DNA of 37,647 nucleotides from NCBI RefSeq assembly GCF_006345805.1, contig NW_021824650.1:1-37647 (forward strand), given 5' to 3'. Positions 33,060 through 37,647 of this stretch are shown here, piece after piece (the stretch's first letter is position 1; each line of letters begins with the position of its first letter). The position numbers and the translations under genes were made by a program. The DNA comes from Octopus sinensis. Taxonomy: Eukaryota. Under the pieces are notes generated by a model. That model was not told the DNA's origin. It saw nothing but the letters and a program-made list of their open reading frames with translations, and did not search any database.

Positions 33060-33471
33060 GTATATATATATATATATGGCGTTAAGGAGATAGATATATA
33101 TAATATGAGCGAGGTCAGCTATGGCAGACAGCATACAGTAAACCATAAAACGAGAGGCAAGATCTGTTTATCTTAGAGGCAGTTGTTTGCTTAGATTTTA
33201 GTCTTAAAAGATACACGTACTTTTATTATTTTAAGGGGGAAGGTTGAATAGGAGGATGAGGTGGAGAGACTGCAGTGGTAGCTTGGTTGAGGCGGAAGCG
33301 GAAGCAACGTGTTGGTGGGCTCCTGCAAATCTACAAGGTGCATGTGTATGTATATGTATATATATATATGGCTATAGGCATGAATATATGCTTCTACATA
33401 TATATGTATACGCATCCATTTCCAAGTAAGTATATATATATATATATTATATATATATATAATATATTATA

Positions 33472-33883
33472 TACTCTTTTATTTTTACTTGTTTCAGTCA
33501 TTTGACTCCGGCCATGCTGGAGCACCGCCTTTAGTCTAGCAAATCGACCCCGGGACTTATTCTTTGAAAGCCCAGTAATTATTCTATCGGTCTCTTTTGC
33601 CGAACCGCTAAGTGACGGAGACGTAAACCACACCAGCATCGGTTGTCAAGCAATGCTAGAAGGACAAACACAGACACACAAACATATACATACACGTACA
33701 TACATATATATACATATACGACGGGCTTTCTTTCAGTTTTCCGTCCACCAAATCCACTCCACAGGCATGGTCGACCCGAGGCTATAGCAGAAGACACTTG
33801 CCCAAGATGCCACGCAGTGGGACTGAACCCAGAACCATGTGGTTGGTAGGCAAGCTCCTTACCACACAGCCACTCCTGCGCCT
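33472..33883 (-). mobile_element. SINE family A, full length
   Basis: Colinear match to family A. Confidence 0.92.
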
Positions 33884-33935
33884 ATATATATATATATATA
33901 TATATATACATACATACGTAAATATATATATATAT

Positions 33936-34262
33936 TCTTTTATTTGTTTCAGTCTTTTGACTGCGGCCATCCTGGAGCAACGCCTTTAGTTGAATAAATC
34001 CACCCCAAGACTTACTCTTCATAAGCCTAGTACTTATTCTATCGGTATATTTTGTCGAACTGCTGGTTTACGGGGACGTAAACACAGCAGCATCGGTTGT
34101 CAAGCGATGTTGGGAGACACAAACACACACATACGACTGGCTTCTTTCACTTTCCGTTCCAAATCCACTCACAAGGCCCTGGTCGGCCCGAGGCTATAGT
34201 AGAAGGCACCTGCGCAATGTGCCACGCAGTGGGACTGAACCCGGGAAAATGTGGTTGGTAAG
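33936..34262 (-). mobile_element. SINE family A, lacking the first ~30 nt
   Basis: Colinear match, more diverged. Confidence 0.85.
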
Positions 34263-34789
34263 GTATCTATATCTTTTCATCAGTCCCCACTTTCACTTTC
34301 GCAAGTACAATCTCTGACTTCCTGCATCTATTTTTAGAAATTTGACCATTATATCTTCTTCTTCCCTTCCTTTTTGAGGTTTCCTACTCATAATTCCCCC
34401 CTCCGTACCACATTCTTTATCTATCTCTCCACCTTAGTGCCTTTTTCAAACATATTATTTCTCAAGCATATTATTTCTTCCCTACATTCTTATCACTTCC
34501 TTCTATCTCTCCTTCTATTCCTTTTATCTACTGATAGCTCTCCTCTCTCCACCCCTCACAACATGATCACCGCCATCTAGCACTCCTTTCTTCCTTTTTC
34601 TTCCTTCTTTCTTTCGTTCTCCCCTATTCCTTTTGACCAATACCATTTTCTTTTTTCTAACGTACCTCTCTCTTCTCGTGTCTCTAGCTACTTCCACCTA
34701 CAAGTATATTCTCAAAATTTTATTTTGACTAGAAGGCCCTTTGTATGAACAGCACATAGAACTAATATCTGCAAACTATCCATTTGTAA

Positions 34790-35115
34790 TAACAAAATAT
34801 GAACTCCTTTTGGAATTTACATTCCATGGACAAGAAGCCTCTATACCTTTTCTACACAGCACAATTTTTGGATAACTGAACAGCAATTTTGACATCCAAT
34901 ATATACTTCTTTATCCTCATACTTCCCATTGTACTTATTATATCCTCTTCCTTTCCAAAATAACTCTACTATTCCCTTCCTTTTAACTCTCTCATATCGT
35001 CTCTGATGATGGAATATCTTTTATATCCCTGAAACAGCTGTAAGACTATCTTTCTCTTTATAAATGTCCTAGAAATTTCACACAGCCTTGATATTATTGT
35101 CACATTTTATTTAAC
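34790..35115 (+). mobile_element. Penelope-like element 3'/pLTR remnant (family H2)
   Basis: Homologous to 14578-14925, contains a hammerhead motif and ends in (CA)n. Penelope assignment inferred from the known PLE-hammerhead association. Confidence 0.55.
34999..35046 (+). ncRNA. Minimal type I hammerhead ribozyme motif, family H2, core intact
   Basis: GUCU-CUGAUGA-U-GGAAUAU(CUUUU)AUAUCCC-U-GAAAC-AGCU-GUA-AGAC; palindromic ACAGCUGU stem III; U-U at the base of stem II. Confidence 0.7.
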
Positions 35116-35119
35116 AACC

Positions 35120-35289
35120 ACACACACACATATACACATACGTATGCATATACAATCATATATTCGAATGCACATACATATGTATGTATATATATATATA
35201 TATATATATCTACATAAGTATGTATATACAAACACACATATATATATCTATATATATACATATATATCTACATACGTATGTATATACAA

Positions 35290-35320
<31 letters not shown>

Positions 35321-35640
35321 CATATATATCTACATACGTATGTATATACAAACACACACACATATATATATATATACATATATATCTACATACGTATGTA
35401 TATACAAACACACACACATATATATATATATACATATATATCTACATACGTATGTATATACAAACACACACACATATATATATATATATACATATATATC
35501 TACATACGTATGTATATACAAACACACACACATATATATCTACATACGTATGTATATACAAACATATATGTATATATTTGAATACACATACAAATGTATA
35601 CACACACACACACGCACATATATATGTATATGTACGTATG
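35120..35640. repeat. Microsatellite-derived higher-order repeat (tatctacatacgtatgtatatacaaacacac unit, ~55-60 bp)
   Basis: About six units between 35205 and 35565. Confidence 0.9.
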
Positions 35641-35907
35641 TCTGCATGTATATTTGGATAATTTTTAATGAAAAGTTTTAATAAAAACCAGATCTTTCGA
35701 GAAGTACAGATAAAGCGAAGTGTGGATAGAACGTGTGAAGACTATTTGCTGTGTGAACAGATACAGAAAATGGATGTTTCTTTTTTTTTTTTCTAAGATA
35801 AATGTAATTTATTGAAAAAAACATCTAACACGGTTTAATATTTTTCTCTCCAATACATGAACATATGTATACAAATACACACAGACACACGTGCGAACAC
35901 ACACATT

Positions 35908-35981
35908 TATATATATATGTGTATATATATATGTGTATATATATATGTGTATATATATATGTAGGTATATATGTATATATG

Positions 35982-36019
<38 letters not shown>

Positions 36020-36142
36020 TATATATATGTATGTATATATGTGTATATATATATATATTAGGTATATATGTATATATATATATATATATATGTAGGTATA
36101 TATGTATATATATATATATATATATGTATGTATATATGTATC

Positions 36143-36173
<31 letters not shown>

Positions 36174-36780
36174 ATATGTATGTATATATATATATATATT
36201 ATATGTATGTATATATGTATATATATGTATGTATGTATATATGTATATATATGTATGTATGTATATATGTATGTATATATGTATATATATATAATATATA
36301 TGTATGTATGTATATATGTATTATATATGTATATTATATATATGTATGTATATATGTATATATATATATATATATGTATGTATGTAATAATGTATGTATA
36401 TATATCATATATATATATATATATGTATGTATATATGTATAATATATATATATGTATGTATAATGTATATATATATATATATGTACAATATATATATATA
36501 TGTATGTATATATGTATATATATATATATGTATGTATATATGTATATATATATATATGTATATATGTATATATGCATATATATATGTATAATATGTATAT
36601 ATATATGTATATGTATATATGCATATATATATATGTATATATGTATATATATATATGTATATATGTATATATAGATATGTATGGTAAATATATGTGTATA
36701 TAATATATGTATGTATATATGTATATATATATATGTATATATTGTGTATATATATATATGTATGTATATATATGTATATG
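35908..36780. repeat. (TA)/(TATG)n microsatellite field
   Basis: Direct reading. Confidence 0.95.
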
Positions 36781-36898
36781 CATTTGTAAAATGTGTACGT
36801 ACGTGTATATTATTTCGTATTCACACCTATGCACGTTTAAATATCAACATGCAAATCTATAATGTGTTTAACAGGTATGTATGTATACTCACACACAT

Positions 36899-36965
<67 letters not shown>

Positions 36966-37083
36966 TATATAATATATAAATATATACATAGCAAAAAAAA
37001 CGGAGAAATAGATATACATAGATAGTAAGATATATATACGCATGCCTGTATGTATATATTTATATATTTAAATCTACATTTAA

Positions 37084-37123
<40 letters not shown>

Positions 37124-37561
37124 ATATATATATCTGTGTGTGTGTGTGTATGCATGTATGTATGCATGTATCCTTAAATATATAATTAATATAGTTATCT
37201 CTATATATGTATGTATATGTATAAATGTATATGCGTGTGTGTGTGTTGATGCTACTTGAGGAATGTGCCAGCCGCCAGTCTAGTCTTGGAGTAGGTAAAG
37301 ACCGGCATCGAGAAGTGGAGGCTTGTTTTCTTTTCCTCGAAAACAGGCGTTTCCAGAGTTGCAAAAAAGAAATATTTTTCTCGTGTTTTTGAGATAAAAG
37401 AGACTTCCACACACTCACAGATAATATACACACACACACACACATACATACGTACATGTATGTATATATTTATAGAAATACATGCACACATATAGATACA
37501 CGCGCGCACACACACATTAATGCACATAAATTCAAATACACATGTACTTGCATACAGACGT

Positions 37562-37647
37562 AGGCGCAGGATTGGCTGTGTGGTAAGTAGCTGCTTACCA
37601 CCACATGGTTCCGGTTCAGTCCCACTGCGTGCACCTTGGGCAAGTGT
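37562..37647 (+). mobile_element. SINE family A head, cut by the window edge
   Basis: aggcgcaggattggctgtgtggtaagtagc...accttgggcaagtgt. Confidence 0.85.

Overview
AT-rich, extremely repeat-dense eukaryotic DNA with no credible host protein-coding gene. The SINE families and microsatellite load resemble an octopus/coleoid cephalopod genome; this is an inference from recognition, not a search. Almost every ORF in the supplied track is translated microsatellite or SINE. The window is a layered mosaic of mobile elements: four tRNA-derived SINE families (my labels A-D), four non-autonomous Helitrons, a Helentron-like end, a hAT MITE, a decayed Tc1 transposase, R4/Dong-type LINE 3' fragments, a TSD-flanked bipartite RTE-derived element with a triplicated structured 5' module, a ~1.25 kb tandem duplication and three long foldback palindromes. 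The least obvious signal is a set of six to nine minimal type I hammerhead-ribozyme-like motifs (CUGANGA-stem II-GAAAC-[short loop]-GUH closed by stem I). They fall into several families and are probably remnants of Penelope-like elements or retrozymes. A second signal is a ~530 bp foldback whose arm differences are skewed toward G-U pairs on one strand, as expected from RNA-level selection or retro-integration of ADAR-edited dsRNA. All alignments and folds were done by eye; boundaries are approximate unless a TSD or terminus is quoted.
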